Of a stretch of DNA of 64,000 nucleotides, positions 7,423-16,385 are shown piece by piece. Each line of letters begins with the position of its first letter. Position 1 is the stretch's first letter. The translations under genes were made by a program, and so were the position numbers. The DNA lies in contig CAZHIA010000001.1 of assembly GCA_964532425.1 (NCBI GenBank), forward strand, positions 124,951-188,950, in the 5' to 3' direction. Origin of the DNA: an uncultured Candidatus Saccharibacteria bacterium. Its GTDB lineage: Bacteria; Patescibacteriota; Doudnabacteria; UBA920. The notes beneath the pieces are model-generated. The model had not been told where the DNA came from, did no database searches, and worked only from the letters and a program-made list of their open reading frames with translations.

Positions 7423-9366
7423 ATGCCTGATTATGGATACATTCGCGTTGCGGCAGTGAGCCCGAAGGTGCACGTCAGCGATCCATATAAGAATATGGAA
7501 GAAATGCTTGCGTGGATCGGGCGGATCAGCAAGGAGAACGTACAGCTTGCGATATTTCCCGAGCTCGGGATGACCGGCTACACATGCAAGGACTTGTTCT
7601 TGCAAACGTGGCTGCAACAGGAGTCGCGAAAAGCCCTGGAGACGCTGGTGGCTGAAACTCGCGACTTGGACATGGTCATTCTGGTTGGTGCTCCGCTGAA
7701 GATCGACGACCAGCTATTCAACGTTGCGGTCGCCATTCAAGACGGACAGGTACTCGGGGTCGTCCCAAAGACGCATCTCCCCGGTTATAAGGAGTTTGAA
7801 GAACGCCGCTGGTTCGCGCCGGCGGCCCGCTTAAAGAGCAAAACCGTGCTTCTTGGCGGCAAGCGGGTTCCGGTCGGAACCAATTTGGTATTTGAGTCGG
7901 CGCAGGTCGAGGATTTCAAGTTCGCGATCGAGATCTGTGAAGATCTGTGGATGCCCATCCCGCCCAGCTCCCACCATTGCCTGCACGGCGCGACGGTGTT
8001 GTGCAATCTTTCGGCTTCAAACGAAGTCGTAGGAAAAGCCAGTTACCGCCGTAAGCTGGTGGAAAGCCAGTCGGCACGCTGTGTTGCGGGATATGTGTAC
8101 AGTTCCTGCGGCGATGGCGAATCAACCTCGGATGTCGTGTTTTCCGGGCACTGCATAGTTGCCGAGAATGGGAACATCATCATGGAGTCGGAGCGCTTCA
8201 AGCGCGGTGGCGACATGGTGATAACCGATCTCGATGTGGAGCGGCTCGTCCGCGAACGCATAATGACTGATAGCTTCGGAGATGCGATCGCGGCGGAAAC
8301 CGCGGAATACATCCACATCCCGTTTGATACCGTCAGACTCGATGTGGAAACGGATTTCCGCAGGACCATCAACCCGGACGTGTTCATTCCTTCTGATCCG
8401 CGTTTGCGCGATGAAGTGTGCCAAGAAGTTTTCAACATCGCGACAATGGGTCTGGGCCATCGGCTTGAAGAAGTGTTCGGCGGCAAGGATCCTAAAGTAA
8501 ACGTGGGTGAGTCGGGTGGTCTTGACTCGTTGCTTTCATTGTTCATTATCGACGAGACCTACGACCGCTGGGGATGGGACAAGAGCGGTATTAACGCTGT
8601 GACAATGCCCGGACCTGGAACGTCCGCCCGCACTCTGGGAAACGCCAAGGGGATTTGTGAAGCCTTGGGCATCGGCCTCAAGATTATCGACATCACCGAG
8701 GATGTGACCCGGCATCTCGAACACATCGGACATTCGCCTGCTTGCATGGACTGCCTGCAGTGCGAAAATGCCCAAGCCCGCGAACGGACCCAGATCTTGA
8801 TGGATTTGGGCTTTACCGTGGGTACGGGAGACCTGTCCGAGGGGTTCATTGGCTGGATGACGTATAACGGCGACCATATGAGCAACTACAACCCCAACTG
8901 CAGTATTCCGAAAACGTTGGTGAAGTATGTTGTTCTGTGGAAGGCTGACCAGTATGAAAAAGCCGGTAACCTTGCTGCGGCACAGAGAGCCCGGGATATC
9001 GCGGCGACGCCAATCTCCCCCGAACTGCGTAAGTTGGGAGAGGGGGGAGTCATCGCGCAAAAATCCGAAGAAGAAAATGGTCCGTATCGGGCTGTTGAAT
9101 TTTTCGGATCGAGCATGCTCCGCTACGGCATTCCGCCCGAAAAGATTTTCTTTTTGGCGCGGCAGGCCTTCAAGAACGACTACAACCGGGACGGGCTGTT
9201 GGCCTGGCTGAAAAAGTACATCTGGAAGTTCTTCCGCAACCAGTTCAAGCGTGATGCGGCGCCGGATGGGGCCAAGGTTGGTACGGTAGCCTTGTCGCAG
9301 CGCGGTGATCTGCGGCTGGCCTCGGATGTCAATCCGAAGCCTTGGGTAGATTCGCTTCCGGACTGA
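7423..9366 (+). CDS. nadE: Glutamine-dependent NAD+ synthetase
   Basis: Nitrilase domain with E-K-C triad (FPELG, PKTHLP, EICEDLW) plus synthetase domain (SGGLDS, ENAQARERT, GTGDLSE, NQFKR). Confidence 0.95.
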   Translation: MPDYGYIRVAAVSPKVHVSDPYKNMEEMLAWIGRISKENVQLAIFPELGMTGYTCKDLFLQTWLQQESRKALETLVAETRDLDMVILVGAPLKIDDQLFNVAVAIQDGQVLGVVPKTHLPGYKEFEERRWFAPAARLKSKTVLLGGKRVPVGTNLVFESAQVEDFKFAIEICEDLWMPIPPSSHHCLHGATVLCNLSASNEVVGKASYRRKLVESQSARCVAGYVYSSCGDGESTSDVVFSGHCIVAENGNIIMESERFKRGGDMVITDLDVERLVRERIMTDSFGDAIAAETAEYIHIPFDTVRLDVETDFRRTINPDVFIPSDPRLRDEVCQEVFNIATMGLGHRLEEVFGGKDPKVNVGESGGLDSLLSLFIIDETYDRWGWDKSGINAVTMPGPGTSARTLGNAKGICEALGIGLKIIDITEDVTRHLEHIGHSPACMDCLQCENAQARERTQILMDLGFTVGTGDLSEGFIGWMTYNGDHMSNYNPNCSIPKTLVKYVVLWKADQYEKAGNLAAAQRARDIAATPISPELRKLGEGGVIAQKSEEENGPYRAVEFFGSSMLRYGIPPEKIFFLARQAFKNDYNRDGLLAWLKKYIWKFFRNQFKRDAAPDGAKVGTVALSQRGDLRLASDVNPKPWVDSLPD

Positions 9367-9405
9367 GAGAAACATTGAGAAAGGGGGATACGTAGGAGTA
9401 ACATC

Positions 9406-9448
9406 GACCGCTCCGGTCGCCAGAAATGGCGGCTGGGGCGGTTTTTTT
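9406..9448 (+). terminator. Intrinsic terminator ending the NAD operon
   Basis: GACCGCTCCGGTCGCCA-GAAA-TGGCGGCTGGGGCGG followed by T7. Confidence 0.85.
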
Positions 9449-9508
9449 ATGGCGGATAAAGGATTTAAGATTTAGGATTAAGGTTTTAGGTAGGGGGCTG
9501 TTTATCTG

Positions 9509-9537
9509 GTAGGGAACGGTGTCAAACCGTTCCCTAC
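9509..9537. repeat. GTAG-type REP-like palindrome
   Basis: GTAGGGAACGGT..ACCGTTCCCTAC; related copies at 11726, 13886, 15234 and 18246. Confidence 0.75.
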
Positions 9538-9563
9538 ATGGGGAGCAGAAGACAAAAAATTTT

Positions 9564-9592
9564 TTGACAACCCACTATCCTTTTTTTATACT
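9564..9592 (+). promoter_or_regulatory. Sigma70-type promoter
   Basis: TTGACA-17 bp-TATACT. Confidence 0.75.
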
Positions 9593-9621
9593 ACACCAAC
9601 CATCATTAATCAGGAGGAGTT

Positions 9622-10014
9622 ATGACCCAACTCCAGTTTATGGGTATTTTGGGTCTGATGAGTCTGTGCCTGTTCTGGTTTGTGGCAGGGTTCCGGCGCA
9701 TGCGCTTGCTGCGCATGGTTAACGGCCTAGTTATGGGCGATCCGGCAAGTTTGGTGGCATTGCTGCTCTCGGCGTATATGGTCAGTTCATCGGCGGCGAT
9801 GCTGTTGGCGTTCTGCAACGTGCAGAGCGAAGCGGCTAAATATGCCTACTTTTTCGGTTGGCTGCTTCTGGCTGCCTTTATCCTCGTGATACCGTTTTCC
9901 TTGGAACCGGCCCATGCAAAAAAGATCTTCACGCTGCGCGGATTGCTGATCGGCGCGGCCTGGGTATCGACCATTGGCCTGACTCACGTGATCCTCATGC
10001 TCAAAGCCGCTTAA
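9622..10014 (+). CDS. Hypothetical integral membrane protein
   Basis: 130 aa with about four hydrophobic segments; RBS AGGAGG; own promoter and terminator. Confidence 0.8.
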   Translation: MTQLQFMGILGLMSLCLFWFVAGFRRMRLLRMVNGLVMGDPASLVALLLSAYMVSSSAAMLLAFCNVQSEAAKYAYFFGWLLLAAFILVIPFSLEPAHAKKIFTLRGLLIGAAWVSTIGLTHVILMLKAA

Positions 10015-10031
10015 TGCGGCACGGTTTGCTT

Positions 10032-10062
10032 CCCGCCCTCTGGCTACAGAGGGCGGGTTTTT
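10032..10062 (+). terminator. Intrinsic terminator
   Basis: CCCGCCCTCT..AGAGGGCGGG followed by T5. Confidence 0.8.
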
Positions 10063-10080
10063 GTATCTATGTTACTTGAG

Positions 10081-10230
10081 TACCCTCATCTTTATCCTCT
10101 CCCATCCCAACTTCGCTCCGGCCTTCGCCAAGGCTACGGCGGACAAGGCAAGGCTTCGTCGGGTCTGCGAGATAGGGAGAGGAATACTGCAGCTATCTCC
10201 TCTCCTTGTCTAAGGAGAGGGGGGTGAGGT
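10081..10230. repeat. Composite palindromic element (CCTCTCC/GGAGAGG type) with nested CTTCGCCAAGGCTACGGCGGACAAG unit
   Basis: Ends ACCCTCATC..GGTGAGGT with internal CCTCTCC..GGAGAGG hairpins; the nested unit recurs near 34897. Confidence 0.55.
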
Positions 10231-10292
10231 TATTGGGAAAACGGTAACTATTTCCCATTAATTACGTCAGTGTACCAACACTTATTCAAACT

Positions 10293-10934
10293 ATGAACTA
10301 TACAAAAGCTATCCTGATCGGTGTCATACTGATTATCTTATTGGCGGTTATAACCAGGATTATGAAACCAAAACCTCCTTTGGAGGCAACCAATGTACCT
10401 ATCAGAAAAGATGCCACGGTTGTCGCATTTGGCGACAGTTTGGTATGGGGGTTCGGATCCTCCGCCGGGAAAGATTTTGTTTCATTGCTTTCCAGTCGCC
10501 TCGGTGTCCCCATCATCAATGCCGGTAAGAATGGCGACACTACTGCCAGCGCCATGCAGCGGCTGGATGCCGATGTCTTGTCCAAACATCCGGATATTGT
10601 AATTGTGCTGCTCGGGGGAAACGACGCGCTTCAGCAGGTGCCTATTGACCAGACTTTTGCCAACCTGTCGGATATAATCGACCGTATTCAGGGTAGCGGA
10701 GCCAAGGTATTACTGCTCGGGGTGCGCGGTAGTTTGCTTGATGATGTCTACCGTACGAGGTTTGACCAACTGGCGAAAGATAAAAACGTGGCGTATGTAC
10801 CGGATATCCTACAAGGCCTGTTCGGGCATTCGGATACCATGTATGATTTTATCCATCCCAACGACAAAGGGTATGCCGAAATTGCCGATAGGGTAGAGCC
10901 GGTCTTGCGTACGCTGCTACGTTCAGGCCGCTGA
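10293..10934 (+). CDS. GDSL/SGNH esterase (arylesterase/TesA-like), membrane-anchored
   Basis: FGDSL, NAGKNGDTT, LGGND and DFIHPN blocks; N-terminal TM helix. Confidence 0.92.
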   Translation: MNYTKAILIGVILIILLAVITRIMKPKPPLEATNVPIRKDATVVAFGDSLVWGFGSSAGKDFVSLLSSRLGVPIINAGKNGDTTASAMQRLDADVLSKHPDIVIVLLGGNDALQQVPIDQTFANLSDIIDRIQGSGAKVLLLGVRGSLLDDVYRTRFDQLAKDKNVAYVPDILQGLFGHSDTMYDFIHPNDKGYAEIADRVEPVLRTLLRSGR

Positions 10935-11039
10935 TGGGAACGCTGAAAGGACGCTGATGTATCGCTGAAGTAACGCAGAAACGTTTGTCAAAGTACGTAA
11001 GTAGTGGGATTTGTAAGAGCATAATACGCTGTTGAGTGG

Positions 11040-11068
11040 TTGACAAAAATACAAAATTATGCTAAAAT
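11040..11068 (+). promoter_or_regulatory. Sigma70-type promoter
   Basis: TTGACA-17 bp-TAAAAT with TGn extension. Confidence 0.75.
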
Positions 11069-11107
11069 AAGCGCAAATTCCAAAATAGTCCCTCAGGAGG
11101 AAAACCC

Positions 11108-11677
11108 ATGTTGAAGCATTTCGCGATCGTTTTGGCGTGTGCTCTCGCGCCCATGGTGGCGCAGGATCAAGCTACAAGTGAACCCAAAGACGGCAAAAAG
11201 AACTATGAGCAGTTCATGAAGGAATGGCATGCTGAAGAAAATCAACGTGCTATTGCTGCGGTGGTCAAAGGCCGAACCGAGTTGGAGCAGGAGCTCCGAC
11301 AGTACAAGGACCTGCTCGAGACGAGAAAAGATCTTACGGCCAAACTCCAGCGTGCGCTGGATGACGGGGATGAAACCCTGATTCAAGTCGCGGTGTCGGA
11401 TGTGAAGCTGAACACGATGGATCTCCAGTACCGCGCCAAGCAGGTGGTGGGTTGGTCCGGCGAGCGGCTGATGCAAGCCGCGAGGAATGCGTACAGTTCT
11501 TACGAACGCTTGATCACGGAAGAAGTGTATACCGGCCATCTCAAATTTTACCGGGAGGCCAAGAAGTTGACCGAAGAGCCGGCACCGAAGGAGTTGGTGG
11601 AACTTATCGCAAAGGCGAAGGTGAAGCTACCGGACTACTTCGCGATACTGGAACAACAAGGGTACAAGGTGTTGTAA
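11108..11677 (+). CDS. Hypothetical secreted helical protein
   Basis: 189 aa, Sec signal peptide, RBS AGGAGG, charged helical composition. Confidence 0.8.
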   Translation: MLKHFAIVLACALAPMVAQDQATSEPKDGKKNYEQFMKEWHAEENQRAIAAVVKGRTELEQELRQYKDLLETRKDLTAKLQRALDDGDETLIQVAVSDVKLNTMDLQYRAKQVVGWSGERLMQAARNAYSSYERLITEEVYTGHLKFYREAKKLTEEPAPKELVELIAKAKVKLPDYFAILEQQGYKVL

Positions 11678-11684
11678 GTCGCAG

Positions 11685-11719
11685 ACGAGCGGAACCATTG
11701 CGGTTCCGCTCGTGTTTTT
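11685..11719 (+). terminator. Intrinsic terminator
   Basis: ACGAGCGGAACC..GGTTCCGCTCGT followed by T-tract. Confidence 0.8.
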
Positions 11720-11777
11720 ATTTTTGCAAGGGCGGCCAATGGCCGCCCCTACAACTGTAGAACTAATTTTTCAATTT

Positions 11778-13526
11778 TTAATTCCCAAACCCTCCCGCCT
11801 GGATCTCCCAGAGGTGGTGGTAAAAACCTTCCGTACTGACGAGCTCTTCGTGCCGGCCTTCTTCCACGACTTGTCCGTCTTGCAGGACCAGGATGCGGTC
11901 CATTTCCATGATTGTCGACAGGCGGTGGGCAATGACGATGACTGTCTTGTCATGCATGAGCTCGCGCAGCGCGTCTTGAATATGCCGTTCACTTTCGCTG
12001 TCCAAGGCCGAAGTGGCTTCGTCGAGCACGAGTATGGGAGCATTTTTAAGGAAGGCTCGGGCAATGGCAATGCGCTGGCGCTCTCCGCCAGAAAGCTTAA
12101 GGCCACGTTCGCCGACTAAAGAGTCGTAGGCATCAGGCAATTGTTTGATGAATTCGTGGCAGCGGGCGCGCTTAGCGGCTTCGACCGCCTCCTCGACCGA
12201 GGCTTCCGGTTTGGCATAGCGGATATTCTCCAGAATCGAGCGGTGGAAGAGTATGGGATCTTGCGGAACCAGGGCAATCTGCTGCCGGAGCGTTTCCTGG
12301 GTCACACCGGTAATGTCCTGTCCGTCAACATGGATGCTGCCGGAAGTCGGATCATAGAATCGGAACAGGAGTTTGATAATGGTGGATTTGCCGCCGCCGG
12401 AACTTCCCACAAACGCGACCTTTTCGCCGGGATGAATGTCCAGCGTAAAATTCTCAAAAACCCTTTTCCCATCAGGGTAGGCAAAAGCAACCCGGTCAAA
12501 GCTGATGGCGCCGTTGGTAATATTGATCGGTTGTGCATCTAGACTGTCTTCAATCTCATGCGGGGTGAGCAGTACTTCAGTCATCTCATTGGCATCGGCC
12601 AAACCGGAGAACAGGTCGCGGACATAACGGGACAGGCTCCAGAGCCGGGAAAAAACCTGGCCGAGGTATGACTGGATCAGTACGAAGTCGCCGATGGAAA
12701 AATTGCCCTTTTGCCAGCGGCCGACAGCCAAATAAAGGATCAAGGCTTCCATGCCCAGCATGAGCAAAGCCTGGACTGCGTCAGAACTTTCGGACAGCGA
12801 CCAGCTTTTCCAGCGGGCTTTAACCAACTGATCGGTCAGTCGGCTAAACACCCCGACCTCGGTTTTAATGCCGGAGAAAAGCTTGAGGTTGACGTTATTG
12901 GTGACCGTATCGGAAATGTGCGAAGCAATTTCGGTATCTGCCTTGGACTGCCGCAGGTCGTACTTGAGTTTGTAGCGCGAGAAAGAAATGGTAGTGACTG
13001 AGTACAGTGCGGTCCAGCCGAGCATAATAAGAGCAAAGGTCAGGTTTTCGCGCGAAAGAATGAGGATAATGAGCAGCAAGCGGAGCGCAGTCTGGCCGAT
13101 GTTCCAAAAGACCTGGCTCGTGACATTCTCAAAGGCACTGACGAAGCGATGCATTTTGCGCACCAGGCTGCCGGCAAAATTGTTGTTGAAGTAGTTATAC
13201 GAGTGTTGCTGCAGGTAGACATAGCAGGTTTGCAGCAGAGCGGCCATGCTCACATTCTGGAAATAGCTGCCGGAAAATGCGGCGAGGCGCCAGAAGAACC
13301 ACGCGACGGCATTCAGAGCGACATAGAGGACAAGCCAATGAAAAATGCCGGCGGTGTTGTTGGGGGAACCGCTTAAGATGTTAAAAAAGTTTTTGTAGAT
13401 GAGCGGGTTGTAGACTTCTACCGCCGCTGCGCCGGCAATACCAATGGTAAAGCCGGAAAGGGACCAAGGGTGCTGTTTCGCGTGCTGCCAAAAGATGAGC
13501 AACGTGTGTTTCGTGACGTTCTGCAC
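11778..13526 (-). CDS. ABC transporter ATP-binding/permease half-transporter
   Basis: N-terminal TM domain; Walker A GSSGGGKS, LSGGERQR, ILVLDEATSALD, AHRL. Confidence 0.95.
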   Translation of the reverse strand: MQNVTKHTLLIFWQHAKQHPWSLSGFTIGIAGAAAVEVYNPLIYKNFFNILSGSPNNTAGIFHWLVLYVALNAVAWFFWRLAAFSGSYFQNVSMAALLQTCYVYLQQHSYNYFNNNFAGSLVRKMHRFVSAFENVTSQVFWNIGQTALRLLLIILILSRENLTFALIMLGWTALYSVTTISFSRYKLKYDLRQSKADTEIASHISDTVTNNVNLKLFSGIKTEVGVFSRLTDQLVKARWKSWSLSESSDAVQALLMLGMEALILYLAVGRWQKGNFSIGDFVLIQSYLGQVFSRLWSLSRYVRDLFSGLADANEMTEVLLTPHEIEDSLDAQPINITNGAISFDRVAFAYPDGKRVFENFTLDIHPGEKVAFVGSSGGGKSTIIKLLFRFYDPTSGSIHVDGQDITGVTQETLRQQIALVPQDPILFHRSILENIRYAKPEASVEEAVEAAKRARCHEFIKQLPDAYDSLVGERGLKLSGGERQRIAIARAFLKNAPILVLDEATSALDSESERHIQDALRELMHDKTVIVIAHRLSTIMEMDRILVLQDGQVVEEGRHEELVSTEGFYHHLWEIQAGGFGN

Positions 13527-13568
13527 TGGTACTTTCCTCCGAAACTGGGGTAATAGCCGGTCGTGATT

Positions 13569-13684
13569 GTCATTGCGAGGAGGTAAGGGCCTTATCTTAC
13601 CGACGAAGCAATCTTAAATTTGACACGATTAGATTGCCTCGCCAAAGAAATTCATTGCTAAAAATTTCTTTGGCTCGCAATGAC
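13569..13684. repeat. GTCATTGCGAG...CTCGCAATGAC palindromic miniature element
   Basis: Right half is the near reverse complement of the left half of the 6246 element. Confidence 0.85.
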
Positions 13685-13896
13685 AAAGCGCAAGCTTATT
13701 CTGAGTTTCTATCATTAAGTGATTTTTACTGGCCAATTGTAGCAAGGTTTAAAAAATTATTCTACAAACCTTTTCAAATTTTTTTGGTTCAGCTTACCAT
13801 TAAGCCGGAAAAAATTTTTTAAAATTGCTGATCATGGCATGGGTGCGGGCCCATCAAGAATCCAGGATTCCCTTTAAGGGGGCTTGTGGAGGCGGT

Positions 13897-13949
13897 CCTG
13901 CCTGCCGGTCATCGACTCCGAGATCGCTCAGACTCGAGGAGCAGGCAGG
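13897..13949. repeat. 53-bp CCTGCCTGC...GCAGGCAGG element nested in a REP-like palindrome
   Basis: 50/53 identical to the reverse complement of 35489-35541. Confidence 0.85.
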
Positions 13950-14066
13950 CGCGACCGCCCCCTACGAGTAATGAAGTCCCCGGAAGGTTCCCTTCAAGGG
14001 CGCTCGCGTGCTCGACGCAATTCCACTCTCGGGGTATACTAGGGGTGCATAATTACAAGGAATTGT

Positions 14067-14294
14067 ATGATCAAAAAGATTTTTAAAACCGGCCATAGCC
14101 TGGCGGTCACCCTGGCCTCCTCCCAGTTGAAGGAGCTTGGGCTTAAGATGGGGGATAGTGTCACGGTCGACCTGGACAAGGCCAGTGGTTGCATTGTAGT
14201 CCGTCCCGGAAATAAGCCGTCGCAGCTGGTGCTGGATTTAAAGACACGGCCGGTGTTGGGGCAAAGTAGAATTGAGCAAAATTTAAAAAATTGA
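14067..14294 (+). CDS. AbrB/MazE/SpoVT family DNA-binding protein
   Basis: KIFKTGHSLAVTL..LKELGLKMGDSV swapped-hairpin signature. Confidence 0.8.
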   Translation: MIKKIFKTGHSLAVTLASSQLKELGLKMGDSVTVDLDKASGCIVVRPGNKPSQLVLDLKTRPVLGQSRIEQNLKN

Positions 14295-14411
14295 CAGAAT
14301 TGACAAAATTACACTGCAGTATTCTCCTCCTTTTAGGAGGAGTACCTCGCAAAGCGAGGGGAAGTGGTAAAAATTTTGTCAATTTTGCTCAATTTTGTCA
14401 TTTTTGTCAAT
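14270..14411. repeat. TTGACAAAA-array palindromic element, copy 1
   Basis: Tandem TTGACAAAA-like units, central CTGCAGT, inverted TTTTGTCAA units; carries a nested CTCCTCC..GGAGGAG hairpin. Confidence 0.75.
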
Positions 14412-14421
14412 CTTTAAAGAA

Positions 14422-15219
14422 ATGGATTATCGCAAATTCCAAACCCTTATCTATTCCTATTATCACAAACATAAGAGAGCTCTGCCGTGGCGAAAGAGTA
14501 TGACGCCGTACCGCATATTGGTTTCGGAAATAATGCTCCAGCAAACACAGGTCAGCCGGGTAACTGAAAAGTTCCGGGCGTTTTTAAAACTGTTCCCGAA
14601 TTTTGAATCCCTGGCAGTGGCACCTGCCGGCGAGGTCATTAAAGCCTGGAGCGGACTCGGGTATAACCGTCGGGCGCTCTTTTTGCACCAGTCAGCTCAA
14701 ATGATCATGGTTGAGTACGGCGGTAGGCTGCCAAAGGATCAGCAGGAACTTACCAAGCTGCCAGGAGTTGGTTGGAATACTGCCGGCGCCGTGCTGGCGT
14801 ATGCGTATAATCTTCCGGCCGTATTTATCGAAACAAACATCCGGCGCGTCTTACTTCATCACTTCTTTCAGGATAAGGCAGGTATCTCCGATGCGCAGCT
14901 GTTGCCGCTTATTGAACAGACCGTGGACCGGAAGAATCCGCGCGAATGGTACTGGGCATTGATGGATTATGGTACATATTTGGCTGCAACAGTCGAGAAT
15001 CCCAATCGCCGCAGCCGGCATTACAACAAACAGTCTAAATTCGAAGGTTCCCGGCGGCAGGTGAGAGGGAAGATTTTGAAATTATTGATGGACAAGCCGT
15101 CGGTGGCAATCAGCCAATTGGAACAAAAGATCCAGGACCCCCGCGTCGCAGAGGTGGCTCACGAACTGGCTGAAGAGGGGTTTGTGGTGATTGTGAAGAA
15201 TCGGGTACGGTTGAAATAG
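14422..15219 (+). CDS. mutY: A/G-specific adenine glycosylase (HhH-GPD, no Fe-S motif)
   Basis: LPWR, VSEIMLQQTQV, WSGLGYNRRA, LPGVG, ETNIRR, ALMDYG; no CX6CX2CX5C. Confidence 0.88.
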   Translation: MDYRKFQTLIYSYYHKHKRALPWRKSMTPYRILVSEIMLQQTQVSRVTEKFRAFLKLFPNFESLAVAPAGEVIKAWSGLGYNRRALFLHQSAQMIMVEYGGRLPKDQQELTKLPGVGWNTAGAVLAYAYNLPAVFIETNIRRVLLHHFFQDKAGISDAQLLPLIEQTVDRKNPREWYWALMDYGTYLAATVENPNRRSRHYNKQSKFEGSRRQVRGKILKLLMDKPSVAISQLEQKIQDPRVAEVAHELAEEGFVVIVKNRVRLK

Positions 15220-15293
15220 AGATATACTTCCTGGTAGGGAACGGTTTAAAACCGTCCCCTGCACATGCATTCAAAATAATTAATTAAAACTAT

Positions 15294-15764
15294 ATGGAAA
15301 TCAAAATCGGCAAAGCTGCCCCGGCTTTTTCGCTGCCGGACCAGGACGGTATCATTCATAAATTATCCGGCTATAAAGGCCAGTGGGTGCTGTTGTATTT
15401 TTATCCCAAAGACGATACGCCCGGCTGCACGACCGAGGCATGTACCCTGCGGGACAATCTGCCGAAATTTAAAAAGACTAAAGCGGTCGTGTTGGGGGTG
15501 AGCGTGGATTCGGTGAAGTCCCACAAGAAATTTGCCGACAAGTACGGCTTACCGTTTACGCTGCTCTCGGACGAAGGCAAGGAAGTGATGCAGAAGTACG
15601 GCGTCTGGGGTGAAAAGAAATTCATGGGGCGGACATTCATGGGCGTTCGCCGAACGTCGTTCCTGATTGACCCCAGCGGCAGAATTGCTAAAATATACGA
15701 GAACGTCAAACCGGCAGTCCATGCCGAGGAGGTGCTCCAAGATCTTAAAACATTAACCAAATAA
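15294..15764 (+). CDS. bcp: Thioredoxin-dependent peroxiredoxin Bcp/PrxQ
   Basis: YFYPKDDTPGCTTEAC motif. Confidence 0.95.
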   Translation: MEIKIGKAAPAFSLPDQDGIIHKLSGYKGQWVLLYFYPKDDTPGCTTEACTLRDNLPKFKKTKAVVLGVSVDSVKSHKKFADKYGLPFTLLSDEGKEVMQKYGVWGEKKFMGRTFMGVRRTSFLIDPSGRIAKIYENVKPAVHAEEVLQDLKTLTK

Positions 15765-15798
15765 TCCCACTGTATTACTGTACAGTACGAATACCCGT

Positions 15799-16275
15799 AT
15801 GGAATTGAGAGAAATATCCAAAGCGACCAAGTCATTTACTGACGGCCACGAGGCCGGCAGCCTGTTTTTTGCCTGCTGCGATTTCCGCATGCGTCAGCAA
15901 GTCAACGAATTCAAGGACCAGCAGGACAATCCGCTGATCGATTCGTTCGTGTTCCCTGGCGGCATTATGCTGTTCGTCGGCGGCAAGCACGGCCATGCCG
16001 ACATGAGGGATGGCACGATGTATTGGGTCAAGGCCATGGTAGGCTTGCATCACGTCAAAAATATCAAGCTCATGATTCATAAACAGTGCGGGGCTTACAA
16101 GACCGCTCCTGCGCTTGCCGGGAAAACGCCGGAGGATATATTCACTATCCAGATGGCGGATGCCAAGGAAGCCAAATATCTTCTTCTGAGCCATCTGCCG
16201 GAAGTAACCGTGGACCTGTACTATTTAGACATTACGGATGCAAATGAGGTTGTGTTTAAAGAGATAGTGGAATAG
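15799..16275 (+). CDS. Beta-carbonic anhydrase-like protein
   Basis: CxDxR (CCDFR), PGG and HxxC (HKQCGAY) zinc-ligand pattern. Confidence 0.75.
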   Translation: MELREISKATKSFTDGHEAGSLFFACCDFRMRQQVNEFKDQQDNPLIDSFVFPGGIMLFVGGKHGHADMRDGTMYWVKAMVGLHHVKNIKLMIHKQCGAYKTAPALAGKTPEDIFTIQMADAKEAKYLLLSHLPEVTVDLYYLDITDANEVVFKEIVE

Positions 16276-16284
16276 TCTGGATAG

Positions 16285-16312
16285 ATCCCCTTGCTGTAAA
16301 GCGGGGGATTTT
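16285..16312 (+). terminator. Intrinsic terminator
   Basis: ATCCCCTTGCT..AGCGGGGGAT followed by T-tract. Confidence 0.65.
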
Positions 16313-16385
16313 AATTATTGACAACCTCCCTGTCTTCTGATAAAAAAAGGAAGTGCGTTTCGCGTGTTTTTTATCAGGAGGAATT

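Noticed and set aside
265-9366. Phage-type NARP1 (Adps + Namat) pathway
   Set aside because: The transferase has PncB rather than NAMPT motifs, and NadE plus a possible NadD fit the Preiss-Handler route better
14067-14294. Toxin-antitoxin pair
   Set aside because: The AbrB/MazE-like gene has no adjacent toxin; the next gene is mutY
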